From Bdellovibrionota bacterium (GTDB lineage: Bacteria > Bdellovibrionota > UBA1018 > CAIPTA01 > JAALKR01), in NCBI GenBank assembly GCA_965207455.1, contig CBDBMJ010000001.1, forward strand, positions 1,152,001 to 1,216,000: a DNA stretch of 64,000 nt, read 5' to 3'. Position numbers and translations under genes: made by a program. The notes below the pieces were generated by a model, which saw only the letters and a program-made list of their open reading frames with translations, had not been told where the DNA came from and did no database searches. How positions within the stretch are numbered: the stretch's first letter is position 1; each line of letters begins with the position of its first letter. Positions 1 to 11,108 of this stretch are shown here, piece after piece.

Positions 1-1326
1 ATGAAGCCTATTGATCCTATTATTTTTAAAAAAACGAATGGGCACTTGCACCCGTTCTGCCTCCTCCAACACAGAAAGGATTTTTAAATACACTAGGTGC
101 TGCTCCTGCAACCAAAGATCTCCCTCTATTTTGTGTCGAAGAAATAAACTAGCTAACCCTCCCACATGATCCAAGTCCGGGTGAGTAAGTACAACAGAAC
201 TTAATGTTGCCACAGAAAGACCTGCCAACTCTTGGCTCACAAGCGCAGGATAGGGACCATACCCAGGTGGACCCACATCTATTAATATGGGAAGACTCCC
301 CTTGGTCTGAATAAGGATAGCGTCGCCCTGATCCACATCTAAAATATAAGCCCGATTACTCTCATCTTTGAAAACACGAAAAACAATAAATGCACAAATC
401 AGAAAAGCAAATAAAGGTTTCTTTTTCTCCCTCCAGTACAGAAAAAAGCCAAACAAGAGAAGAAAGGCTATTAACCAAAACGTAGGGTTTACCCAAATTG
501 CAATAAACGGGATCGTTTGAATCCACTGGAGAGCTGTAATGAGAAAAGCAACACTGGTGTTTGCTATAGTGTCGAAAAAATGTCCCAATGTTTCTAAGGA
601 CAATTGCATACAAAATGCATGCAATAAACCAGGAACAAGTATTAAAATTGCTGGAATTCCCATAAAAATATTCAATACAGGGCTAATGAGACTCACTTGA
701 TGAAAATTCCAAATCACTAACGGAAGGGTGAACAACCAAGGAGCCAGCACTAACACTAGGAAATAAATCCATTCTTTTTTTAACCAACCCTCGGACCGCT
801 CCCGAAGGATAATATGCGCAAAACAAAAAGAACTAACAGCAAAAAAAGATAAACTAAAGGAAAGAAGGCTCCCCTCTCCAAAAAACCAAGAACACGAAAA
901 CGTAAACAGCAAAAAAAATAGCCAGTTTGGGGAATAACCCAAAGCACGGGTAATACTCCAAAATAATATGGCCACATAGGCCCGGGTAAGGGGCTTTGTC
1001 CAGCCCGCTAAATAGACATAATTGGTGAGCAACGGAAAGAGGAAAAAAGCCTCCACTTGGTATAAAGAAAAGGAAAAGCGAAATTTGGGTGCATATGTGA
1101 GGAACAGGCAATACAGGGGATAGATAGACACCCTTCCTAGCTGAGCCACCAAAAGCATGTGTAACCCTGAGGCACAAAGAATATGGGCAAGTCCCAAGTT
1201 GGAAAATAGGAAAAAATACTCCCCACAAAGGTTTTCCGTTTGACCAAGAAGCATCGCTTGGACTACCCCCTCTGTGGAACAATGAACTGCGCTCATGGGC
1301 AAAGAGAAACGCAATAAACGAGCCAT
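1..1326 (-). CDS. comEC: ComEC/Rec2 DNA uptake protein (runs off left edge)
   Basis: Not in the ORF track. Manual translation shows an open minus frame with GLAHILCASGLH, FHQVSLISP, LDVDQGDAILI and THPDLDHVGG (metallo-beta-lactamase fold). In-frame stop upstream at 1384-1386. Confidence 0.9.
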   Translation of the reverse strand, partial: MARLLRFSLPMSAVHCSTEGVVQAMLLGQTENLCGEYFFLFSNLGLAHILCASGLHMLLVAQLGRVSIYPLYCLFLTYAPKFRFSFSLYQVEAFFLFPLLTNYVYLAGWTKPLTRAYVAILFWSITRALGYSPNWLFFLLFTFSCSWFFGEGSLLSFSLSFFAVSSFCFAHIILRERSEGWLKKEWIYFLVLVLAPWLFTLPLVIWNFHQVSLISPVLNIFMGIPAILILVPGLLHAFCMQLSLETLGHFFDTIANTSVAFLITALQWIQTIPFIAIWVNPTFWLIAFLLLFGFFLYWREKKKPLFAFLICAFIVFRVFKDESNRAYILDVDQGDAILIQTKGSLPILIDVGPPGYGPYPALVSQELAGLSVATLSSVVLTHPDLDHVGGLASLFLRHKIEGDLWLQEQHLVYLKILSVLEEAERVQVPIRFFKNNRINRLH

Positions 1327-1425
1327 CTGTCCAAAATTAAGAGTGCGATAGGGAGCGAGAATTATTTCATAGGTGTCCGATTTTCAAATAGAAAGGGACT
1401 CAAATACGAACTATACTCTGAGGAT

Positions 1426-1896
1426 ATGTCCTTTTTCACCACAGAGGTCCTGCTTCTTATCAATGGCGTATTTGTCGCTATTTTAGCCTACCAAGGCTTC
1501 CGCTTCCTCAAATCCCGGAAGCAAACGAAATTTAAAGGCGACCTGTGGGAGCAGGAGAAAACAGACCCCCGTATTATGAGCCACGAGGAACTGGAAATTA
1601 CCATAGACAATATCGCCATAGGCGAGCACTCCCCCCGTCGCAAAGAAAAGCCCTCCTCTCCACCCAAACCAAAGAGAAAGCACCCTAATTTCTCTGGTCT
1701 TCCTCATCAAATTTTGGCACTCCCAGCCGACCCCACAAAACAGGAGGTTATTGGGGCCCATAAGTACTGGATACGCCAATACCATCCAGATAGGGTGCAG
1801 CATCTGGGCCCTGGCTATGTGAAACAAGCCACACAACGCTCCGTTCAGCTCAATAATGCAAAGAATATCTTGCTCAAAGGAAAATTGACCCCTTGA
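1426..1896 (+). CDS. Membrane-anchored J-domain (DjlA-like) protein
   Basis: N-terminal hydrophobic helix and C-terminal J-domain with YHPDRV. Confidence 0.8.
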   Translation: MSFFTTEVLLLINGVFVAILAYQGFRFLKSRKQTKFKGDLWEQEKTDPRIMSHEELEITIDNIAIGEHSPRRKEKPSSPPKPKRKHPNFSGLPHQILALPADPTKQEVIGAHKYWIRQYHPDRVQHLGPGYVKQATQRSVQLNNAKNILLKGKLTP

Positions 1897-1920
1897 CAAA
1901 GCTCTAATCGGGTATATCTT
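1893..1920 (+). promoter_or_regulatory. Putative sigma70-type promoter of groESL
   Basis: TTGACA-16 bp-TATCTT upstream of groES. Confidence 0.4.
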
Positions 1921-2065
1921 TTGTTTGCGGGAGAATCTCTATATTGATTAATTGTGTCAAATATAGCTTTTCCTGTGGCTGTTTTCATGGTAATGAGAGC
2001 TGTCTACATAAACCATTATGGTGGCAATTTTGCTGCTGTAATCATTTGATAAGGAGTTATACATT

Positions 2066-2353
2066 ATGCAAGTAACACCATTATACGATCGTCTCCTAGT
2101 GAGGCGTTTTGATGAAGAAGAGCGGACAAAAGGGGGAATCATTGTTCCCGATTCCGCAAAAGAAAAACCAGCCCAAGGCGAAGTTGTGTCTTGTGGTCAA
2201 GGACGTATGAGCGATGAAGGGAAGCTAACCCCCCTAACCGTTAAAAAGGGAGACAAAGTTCTCTTCGGGAAATACTCAGGTACAGAAGTAAAACTAGAGG
2301 GCAACGAGTACTTAATCATGCGAGAAGATGATGTACTTGGTGTCGTTCACTAA
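2066..2353 (+). CDS. groES: Co-chaperonin GroES
   Basis: [38 protein letters not shown]. Confidence 0.99.
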   Translation: MQVTPLYDRLLVRRFDEEERTKGGIIVPDSAKEKPAQGEVVSCGQGRMSDEGKLTPLTVKKGDKVLFGKYSGTEVKLEGNEYLIMREDDVLGVVH

Positions 2354-4033
<1,680 letters not shown>

Positions 4034-4064
4034 GTCTGCTACCAAGCAAATAAACCAATCAAAC

Positions 4065-4102
4065 AAAAAGGCTCTCCACACATACAGGAGGGCCTTTTTT
4101 TT
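4065..4102. terminator. Bidirectional intrinsic terminator
   Basis: aaaaaggctctcc-loop-ggagggcctttttt between convergent genes. Confidence 0.8.
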
Positions 4103-4658
4103 ATTCTTTTTCCAAAATTTTATCGGCTGCCTGTTCCAGTGTTTGATTGGTTTTATCTACAGAGATAAAAACCTTGCTGCCTTCCCAGTTTACTTCCTGC
4201 CAACCTGCTGACATGGAATCTATGGCAATGAGAAGAGCTTCTGTGCCCTTTTTATCCGGTTGATCTTCATAGCATTGGCTAATCCAACTGGAAGACAAAT
4301 CCACCATGGTGGTTAAGCAATTTGTGAGTTTTTCTGGTTTTTCTCGAACCGAATCATCTAAATCTTTGGAAAAATAGGCACTTGCGGATCGCAGCCTTCC
4401 GGACTCCATAAGGGAAATGCCAAACAGTACTTCATCCGGATAAATAGCACCGTAGAGGGAAAAGCTAGCCCGTTGCCGTGATTCCTGAAACTGAGTGTTA
4501 AATAAGTTACCCACCTTTTGAATAAACTCTTTTGGCAGGGATTGGCCCTTCCCACTCTGTTTTTTTCGTGGACTAAAGGTGGATGGTAGGGTTGAGTTAT
4601 GTAGGTTTATCACTGCCTCCTTCCTTGCTATACTATAAGTATGTTGAAAAAACGTCAA
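4101..4658 (-). CDS. Hypothetical protein (start uncertain)
   Basis: 185-aa ORF ending at the groEL terminator; no recognised motif. Confidence 0.55.
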   Translation of the reverse strand: MTFFQHTYSIARKEAVINLHNSTLPSTFSPRKKQSGKGQSLPKEFIQKVGNLFNTQFQESRQRASFSLYGAIYPDEVLFGISLMESGRLRSASAYFSKDLDDSVREKPEKLTNCLTTMVDLSSSWISQCYEDQPDKKGTEALLIAIDSMSAGWQEVNWEGSKVFISVDKTNQTLEQAADKILEKE

Positions 4659-5018
4659 CTCTCCCGCGTTGCTTTCCAGGACTGCCCTTGGTTCTTCTCC
4701 CTAATGTATGAGGAGGATAGCCCCAGTCCCGTGCAAGTGGAGGCTGTGAATATCAGTTTAGGAGGCATTAAGTTCTTCTCCAATACCCCCATACCCATCT
4801 TTACTCTACTCACCATTCGACTCATCCACAAGGAAGGGGACAAACCAACCATTACCATTAAAGGAAAAGTGGTACGCACAGAAATGATCGATGTGGGCTT
4901 GCCGGAAAAAAGCTATGGCATTGCTGTGAAATTTTCAGAAGAAGATAGCTCTGCCTATAGGGAGCTTATGGATTCTTTGCCCCAATCTTCGGACACATCA
5001 GAAAACTCCAGACTATAA
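4641..5018 (+). CDS. PilZ-domain c-di-GMP receptor
   Basis: RQLSR (RxxxR) and NISLGG ((D/N)xSxxG) motifs; GKVVR, YGIAVKF. Confidence 0.85.
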   Translation: MLKKRQLSRVAFQDCPWFFSLMYEEDSPSPVQVEAVNISLGGIKFFSNTPIPIFTLLTIRLIHKEGDKPTITIKGKVVRTEMIDVGLPEKSYGIAVKFSEEDSSAYRELMDSLPQSSDTSENSRL

Positions 5019-6605
5019 GGACTCCATGGACTTACGGTATCCGACTGTCTCCCAAAGGTGATCCTCCCGTACCCTCTCCTCTTGATCCAAGTCCGCAATG
5101 GTTCGTGCCACGCAGGCCATACGGGAAACAGCACGAGCAGAGTGTTCATTGGATTGGGATAATTTTTTGAGTTGTGCCCAAGCGCTTTTGGACCAAGCCC
5201 CTGCCTTCCAAATTTCTTTTTCTCCCAGGTGGGCATTGGGTTTTCCCTGGCGATCGAGCATCCGTGTTCGAGCTGCCTGCACTTTTTTTCCCATGAGTTC
5301 GCTATTTCCCATGAGTTCGCTATTTTCCATGAGTTCGCTATTTTCCATGCCGTCGCAAGAACTGGGAACTGTGTTCAGCGGCTCCTTCTGAATGCCCAGC
5401 CTCAGATCGATACGATCTAGAAACGCATGGGAAATCCGCTTTTGGTAGGAACGAATAGCATGGTTGGAGCAGGTGCACTTATTATTTTCCTCCCCCCACA
5501 GACCGCAGGGACATAAGTTGCTTGTGCCCATAAAGTATATGGACGCTGGTAGTGTGTGGTGAACTTGGACTCGTGCCAAATGTATCTCCTGACTTTCTAA
5601 GGGTATCCGTAAGAAATCCAACGCCTTGGAAGGAAATTCCAATAACTCTTCCAATAGCAAAACCCCATGATGGGCTAAGCTCACTTCTCCAGGAAGGGCT
5701 CTTGCACCTCCCCCCAGTAGAGCAGGTGCCGTAACAGTGTGGTGTGGATTTCTTAAGGGGTGACTCCCATTCCAATTCAATCCAAGCACATTATAGATGG
5801 GAAAAATCTCTTCCTTTTCTTTCTCAGTTAGTGCTGGAAGTATTCCCAAGTAGGCTTGGGCAAGTAGAGATTTCCCGCTACCACGAGGGCCGTGCAGTAA
5901 GCAATGGTGTTTGCCTGCGGCTGCAATGGTGAGCATTCGTTTGGCCATTTCCTGACCCCGAATAATAGAAAAATCGGCTCTGCTTTCGTTGGTATCGCTA
6001 TTTTCCTTGGTTTGTCTCTGTTTTGGTGATTGCAGTTTTACTTCTTGAAGTCTTGCTTCTCGAAGTCTTGCTTCTCGAACAAATGGAGTTTTTTTCTTCA
6101 AAGCACGAACCACCTCTTTTAAGGTGAAAAACCCTCCTCCTTGGTGATTGGGGAAATTTTCAAGGATAGAGCTGTTCTCAAAGGGAAGAACAGCAACTTT
6201 CCACTGTTTAGAGCGCAGTAAGGATGGAACCACATAAGCATTGGGGATGGCTTTGAGTTTTCCTTCTAAGGTAAGTTCACCTAAAAAACCAATACCTTCT
6301 ACTTCTTTTTCTGTTAAGACTCCTTTGGCCACAAGGCAAGCAATGGCAATGGGCAGATCAAAGCTACTTCCTTCTTTGGGAAGCCAAGCGGGTATCAAAT
6401 TCACGATAATTTTTCGTGATAGTATGGGAAATCCTGAATTTGCTAAAGCCACGCGCACTCGTTCACGGGCTTCTCGCACACTTGTTCTTGGAAGTCCCAC
6501 AATATGAAATGTGGGTAGGTGTAGGCTTTGTTGGCATTCCACTTCCACAGGAACCGCCGTAAGACCGACTGTGGCCACAGATTGTATTCGAGCGTATGTT
6601 TGCAT
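5013..6605 (-). CDS. comM: ComM/YifB Mg-chelatase-like AAA+ ATPase
   Basis: IVGLP..VREARERVR, KEGSSFDLPIA, GPRGSGKS, PGEVSLAHHGVL; start moved to the ATG at 6605 after a GGAGG RBS. Confidence 0.95.
   Translation of the reverse strand: MQTYARIQSVATVGLTAVPVEVECQQSLHLPTFHIVGLPRTSVREARERVRVALANSGFPILSRKIIVNLIPAWLPKEGSSFDLPIAIACLVAKGVLTEKEVEGIGFLGELTLEGKLKAIPNAYVVPSLLRSKQWKVAVLPFENSSILENFPNHQGGGFFTLKEVVRALKKKTPFVREARLREARLQEVKLQSPKQRQTKENSDTNESRADFSIIRGQEMAKRMLTIAAAGKHHCLLHGPRGSGKSLLAQAYLGILPALTEKEKEEIFPIYNVLGLNWNGSHPLRNPHHTVTAPALLGGGARALPGEVSLAHHGVLLLEELLEFPSKALDFLRIPLESQEIHLARVQVHHTLPASIYFMGTSNLCPCGLWGEENNKCTCSNHAIRSYQKRISHAFLDRIDLRLGIQKEPLNTVPSSCDGMENSELMENSELMGNSELMGKKVQAARTRMLDRQGKPNAHLGEKEIWKAGAWSKSAWAQLKKLSQSNEHSARAVSRMACVARTIADLDQEERVREDHLWETVGYRKSMESL
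5287..5349. repeat. In-frame 18-bp tandem repeat in comM (MENSEL x3)
   Basis: ccatgagttcgctattt(c/t) repeated about 3.5 times. Confidence 0.9.
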
Positions 6606-7142
6606 TTGTCTCCTCCCTCCCAAAAGTATAAAATAAGAGTACAAAAACGGATTCCTGTACACACACACCCTCATGGCCAACTTCTCATCAGCTAAGTTTT
6701 GCCACAAATTTTGCCAATATATATAAATATGAAGATATGCAGGATTCATACCAAAACAAAAGAATGGATAGTGCTTATCACGCTAAATGAAAAAAGAACG
6801 ATGTCTGATTTTCGGAAATCTCAAGAAATAGTGATTTTTTTTGTAATAAAGGAATAAAAGGGCTGTTTTTATGTATTTTTGCTCTTCCCATGCGCAGTTA
6901 TTTCTTATTTTTTTGCACTTTTCATTCATTTATTAAGAAATTTAGAACAAATTTATAAAAAAAACTTCCAATAACTACGGAAAAACCGAATATTTTATAT
7001 AAAAATTGATTTTTTTATTTGCACACTCCAATACTTTGCTTATACTTAAAGTGAACACGAAATACACAAAGTTCCAAATAAAGTTACAGTAATTGAAGCG
7101 AATGTAGAAAAAGGAACTTATTTGAACATAAGGAGATGAAAA

Positions 7143-7460
7143 ATGGCAGCAAGAAAAAAAACTAGAAAGAAAGCGGCAAAAAAGAAAACGAGAAGAAAAG
7201 CTACTAGAAAGACAGCCGCTAAGAAAAAAACTACTAGAAAGAAGGCTACTCGAAAGAAGGCCGCTAAAAAGAAGGCTACTAGAAAGAAGGCCACCAGAAA
7301 GAAAGCTACAAGAAAGAAAGCTACTAGAAAAAAGGTCACCAGAAAGAAGGCTACTAGAAAAAAAGCAGCCAAAAAGACAACTCGTAAACGCAGAAAGAAA
7401 AAGGCCGCTACAGCAGCAGTGCCTCGTAAGCGTAGAAGAAGAAGAAAGAAGAAAGCATAA
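7143..7460 (+). CDS. Histone H1-like, Lys/Arg/Ala/Thr-rich nucleoid protein
   Basis: 105 aa of (A/T)TRKK and AAKKK pentapeptide repeats; AAGGAG RBS; hairpin terminator at 7459-7481. Confidence 0.85.
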   Translation: MAARKKTRKKAAKKKTRRKATRKTAAKKKTTRKKATRKKAAKKKATRKKATRKKATRKKATRKKVTRKKATRKKAAKKTTRKRRKKKAATAAVPRKRRRRRKKKA

Positions 7461-7526
7461 GCCAATAAGCATTGGCTTTTTCTTTTTTAGACCTCAAAAT
7501 CCACCGCCAGTACACGTTGCTTTTGT

Positions 7527-8006
7527 TCAATGCGAGGATTTTGGGTTTTTATTTTTTCCCCTATAAGCCCAAGCATTCAATGCTTTCCAAGCAGTGGGAT
7601 CCCTTAATTTCCTGCAATCCTTGTTACACTCCACCGACAAGCGCTCAAACAACTTATGAGCCCTCTTCTGAGATCCCACCAATCGCTCCAAGCTAATCAG
7701 AGCAAATAGAGCTTTTGCTCGCTCCATCCTTGCTGCTTTCTTTGTGGGAATGGCTCCAAACACAATTTTTTCCAATAAGGCTCTTGTGCGCAGGTAATTT
7801 TTGCTAGCAATGGCTGTATCCACAGGAGTTTCACTCAGAGCGTTCTGAGAAAAGAAAAGAAAAATAATGGAGAGATAAAATGGAAACAAACAGCCTAATC
7901 CCACATCTGAACCTGCCACCTGATCCCAATCATTAGTCGGAGTAACCGGGCAATAAATAGAGCAAAGCCGGGAAGTGGGAATATACTTGGAGGCGAGAGA
8001 AATCAA
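7527..8006 (-). CDS. Hypothetical exported protein (true start probably near 7900-7920)
   Basis: ORF downstream of sppA with a signal-peptide-like segment (FYLSIIFLFFSQNALS). Confidence 0.5.
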   Translation of the reverse strand: MISLASKYIPTSRLCSIYCPVTPTNDWDQVAGSDVGLGCLFPFYLSIIFLFFSQNALSETPVDTAIASKNYLRTRALLEKIVFGAIPTKKAARMERAKALFALISLERLVGSQKRAHKLFERLSVECNKDCRKLRDPTAWKALNAWAYRGKNKNPKSSH

Positions 8007-8883
8007 GCCCTCCCATCACAGCGCTAAGTTTTTTTACCAATTCGTCTCCTTGACTTGAAAGACCTAGATTAGCAAACAATCCCCTTCTCTTTTTCTTAGG
8101 ATAGATAAGGTTCACTTCTCCCTCTATCTTTGCCAGTTTTTTCATTTCTTCCACAGCCACCTCCATTCCACCCAATCCATCGATTAGTTTATTACTTAGG
8201 GCTTGGGCACCAGAATACACTCTGCCATCTGCCAATTTTTTGACCTTGTTAAGGGACATATTTCTACCTTTTGCCACCACACCCACAAACTGTAAGTGCA
8301 ACTCATTGATTAGCGTCTGTACTAAGGCGCGCTCCTCAGGAGTCATGGGACGACTTGGACTCCCAATAGCTTTAAATTTTCCACTCTTTATCGTATAGGG
8401 ATCCATCTTTGCCCATTGGTATAAATTCTTAAGATTCATATATTGGGAAATCACACCTATGGAGCCAGTAACAGTCCCAGGGTTGGCAATAATTTTTGTG
8501 GCAGAAGCAGAAATATAATAACCACCCGAGGCTGCCACTGTAGCAAAGCTAGCTACCACGGGCTTATCCTGTGCAACTTTTCTCACAAAATCATGGATCT
8601 CCTGACTCGGAGCAATGGCTCCTCCGGGCGAATTCACTCTTAGTATAATCCCCCGTATGGACTCGTCCTTGTGAAATTTCTTTAGTTGTTTGATTATTTT
8701 TTCCCCATCCAGAATTACTCCACTCACCTTCACCACTCCCACACGGGAACCCGACGATAAAGCAGAAAAAGTAGCCCCGTCTTTATCTATGACGAACAGG
8801 AGTACGAAATAGACAAAAAGTAGAAATACAAAAAAACAAAGAGCGGAAATGCCAAGCAATACAAGTAGTGGGTTTTTATTCAT
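7933..8883 (-). CDS. sppA: Signal peptide peptidase SppA (S49)
   Basis: RVNSPGG, AASGGYYI, TGSIGV, KSGKFK, ADGRVYSG. Confidence 0.95.
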   Translation of the reverse strand: MNKNPLLVLLGISALCFFVFLLFVYFVLLFVIDKDGATFSALSSGSRVGVVKVSGVILDGEKIIKQLKKFHKDESIRGIILRVNSPGGAIAPSQEIHDFVRKVAQDKPVVASFATVAASGGYYISASATKIIANPGTVTGSIGVISQYMNLKNLYQWAKMDPYTIKSGKFKAIGSPSRPMTPEERALVQTLINELHLQFVGVVAKGRNMSLNKVKKLADGRVYSGAQALSNKLIDGLGGMEVAVEEMKKLAKIEGEVNLIYPKKKRRGLFANLGLSSQGDELVKKLSAVMGGLDFSRLQVYSHFPALLYLLPGYSD

Positions 8884-9018
8884 ACTATAGAGTTTATGCA
8901 AAAGTATTCTATACAGCAAGTAAATCCCGACAAGAAAAAAAAGACTTGGCGCGCCACCCCCCTTTCCCAGCTTTTAAATATTGCCTTTTCCCTTCGCTCT
9001 ATATAATGTTTCATAGTA

Positions 9019-9942
9019 ATGAGTACTCCCACTAGGATAAAAAAACCACCTTGGCTTCGGGTGCGTCCCCCCTCAGGCGAAAATTATAAAAAAATACAGA
9101 GCATGCTCCATAAGCGAACCTTATATACCGTATGTGAAGAAGCCCGTTGCCCTAATATTGGGGAATGTTGGGCAGGAGGAACGGCCACCATTATGGTCAT
9201 GGGGGATACTTGCACCCGGGGATGTAGATTCTGTAACGTAAAGTCTGGAAACCCAAACGGTTACTTAGATCCCAAGGAACCTGTAAAAGTAGCCCAATCT
9301 CTGAAAGAAATGTCTCTGGAGTATGTGGTGATCACCACCGTCGATCGGGATGATCTTCCCGACCAAGGTGCCCAACACTTTGCCCGTATTATTAAAGAAG
9401 TAAAAAAGCAAAATCCAAAGCTCCTAGTGGAAGCCCTAGCTGGAGATTTTCAGGGCAATAGCGCTTGTTTGCATACTCTCCTGGACTCAGGGTTGGAGGT
9501 TTACTCCCATAATGTGGAAACCGTGGAGCGACTCACACCCAAGGTCAGAGACAGGAGAGCCACCTACTTGCAATCCCTATCCATGCTGGAGGAAGCAAAA
9601 AAATATTCTGCGAACATTGTCACTAAATCTTCCATTATGCTTGGGCTGGGAGAGGAAAGACATGAAGTCATAAAAACCATGCAGGATGTGAGAAATACGG
9701 GCGCAGAAATTTTCACCCTGGGGCAATACCTACAACCTAGCTCGAAACACCTAGCCGTCAGCCGTTACGTCCTCTTGGAAGAATTTCAAGAATATGAAAC
9801 AATTGGGAAAGAAATGGGATATGCGTTTGTGGCCAGTGGTCCTCTCGTGCGAAGTTCCTACCGTGCAGGAGAATATTTTTTAAAGTCGTTCTTAAAGGAG
9901 CGATTGGAAACCAATAAACAAATGGAGAAAATATGGAATTAA
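9019..9942 (+). CDS. lipA: Lipoyl synthase
   Basis: CEEARCPNIGEC, CTRGCRFC, VRSSY. Confidence 0.98.
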   Translation: MSTPTRIKKPPWLRVRPPSGENYKKIQSMLHKRTLYTVCEEARCPNIGECWAGGTATIMVMGDTCTRGCRFCNVKSGNPNGYLDPKEPVKVAQSLKEMSLEYVVITTVDRDDLPDQGAQHFARIIKEVKKQNPKLLVEALAGDFQGNSACLHTLLDSGLEVYSHNVETVERLTPKVRDRRATYLQSLSMLEEAKKYSANIVTKSSIMLGLGEERHEVIKTMQDVRNTGAEIFTLGQYLQPSSKHLAVSRYVLLEEFQEYETIGKEMGYAFVASGPLVRSSYRAGEYFLKSFLKERLETNKQMEKIWN

Positions 9943-11108
9943 TACTCCCAGATTTAGGGGAAGGCATTATAGAGGGTGAGATTGTTCAATGGTTGGTAAA
10001 CACTGGCGACGCAGTGGCAGAGGATCAGGTGGTGTTGGAAATAATGACAGACAAAGCTACCGTGGAGATTCCCTCGGTTACTGCTGGAACCGTGAGTGAA
10101 ATCCTAGCAAATCCGGGCGACATCGTGAAGGTGGGCATGGTTATCATGCGCCTAGGAGGAGCGAAAGGTGCACCCAAGAGTGGTGCAGTTTCCAAGGCAC
10201 CAGCGCCGGCAACAACACCAGCACCAAAAATAAATTCCGTCCCCGTCCTACCGGGTTCTGTCCTAGCAGCACCCTCGGTACGAAAAGCAGCACGAGAAAA
10301 AAATATCGACCTTCAAGGTATTAACGGCAGTGGTCCCAGTGGCAGGATTCTTCACAACGACCTTCAACACAGCAACCAAGCCCAAACCACCCCCATAGGT
10401 GCACGCATGGAAAAAGTACCTCTACGGGGATTGCGCAAACGAATTGCTGAAAAAATGGCTCTCTCCAAACAAAAAGCAGCCCACTTTACCTGTGTGGAAG
10501 AAGTGGATGTAACGGAGTTGGTGGCTTTCCGAAATTCCATTAAAGATGCTGCCAAAGCGCAAGGATCGAATATTACCTTTATGCCCTTTATTATGAAAGC
10601 CTGTGTGCTGGGTCTAAAAAAATATCCCATACTCAATGCCACCCTTCACGAAGAAAGGGAAATTCACTATAAGCATTATTTTAACTTTGGTGTTGCTGTG
10701 GACACAGAAGATGGACTCACGGTTCCCGTAGTGGCCGACGTGGATAAAAAAAGCATTATAGAAATTGCCAGAAATATTAAGGAACTCAGTGGTCGTGCCC
10801 ATGCCTCCAAATTAACTATGGACGATTTTAAAGATGGCACTTTCACTATCTCCAATGCGGGAAAAGTGGGTGGACTTTTTGCCACACCCATTATTAATTA
10901 TCCCGAACTTGCCATTCTTGGAGTACACGAAATCCGAAAACGTCCCATGGTGGTAGACGACACTATCGTCATTCGAAATATGCTCTACCTATCCATTTCC
11001 TTAGACCACCGAATCGTTGACGGAGCTATTGGTATCCGTTTCCTCAATGAAATGATTAACTACCTATCCAATCCAAAAGCTTTTATTGGGAGCTTTGTAA
11101 ACCCGTAA
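9933..11108 (+). CDS. 2-oxoacid dehydrogenase E2 dihydrolipoamide acyltransferase
   Basis: Lipoyl domain (MTDKA), E3-binding domain (GSGPSGRI), catalytic DHRIVDG. Confidence 0.95.
   Translation: MELILPDLGEGIIEGEIVQWLVNTGDAVAEDQVVLEIMTDKATVEIPSVTAGTVSEILANPGDIVKVGMVIMRLGGAKGAPKSGAVSKAPAPATTPAPKINSVPVLPGSVLAAPSVRKAAREKNIDLQGINGSGPSGRILHNDLQHSNQAQTTPIGARMEKVPLRGLRKRIAEKMALSKQKAAHFTCVEEVDVTELVAFRNSIKDAAKAQGSNITFMPFIMKACVLGLKKYPILNATLHEEREIHYKHYFNFGVAVDTEDGLTVPVVADVDKKSIIEIARNIKELSGRAHASKLTMDDFKDGTFTISNAGKVGGLFATPIINYPELAILGVHEIRKRPMVVDDTIVIRNMLYLSISLDHRIVDGAIGIRFLNEMINYLSNPKAFIGSFVNP

Noticed and set aside
1897..2065. CIRCE/HrcA operator upstream of groES
   Set aside because: No TTAGCACTC-N9-GAGTGCTAA inverted repeat found.
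7118..7465. Hydrophobic antisense ORFs over the H1-like gene (also 49909-50254 over the rpsB tail)
   Set aside because: Shadow frames of low-complexity repeats; the sense gene has the RBS and terminator.
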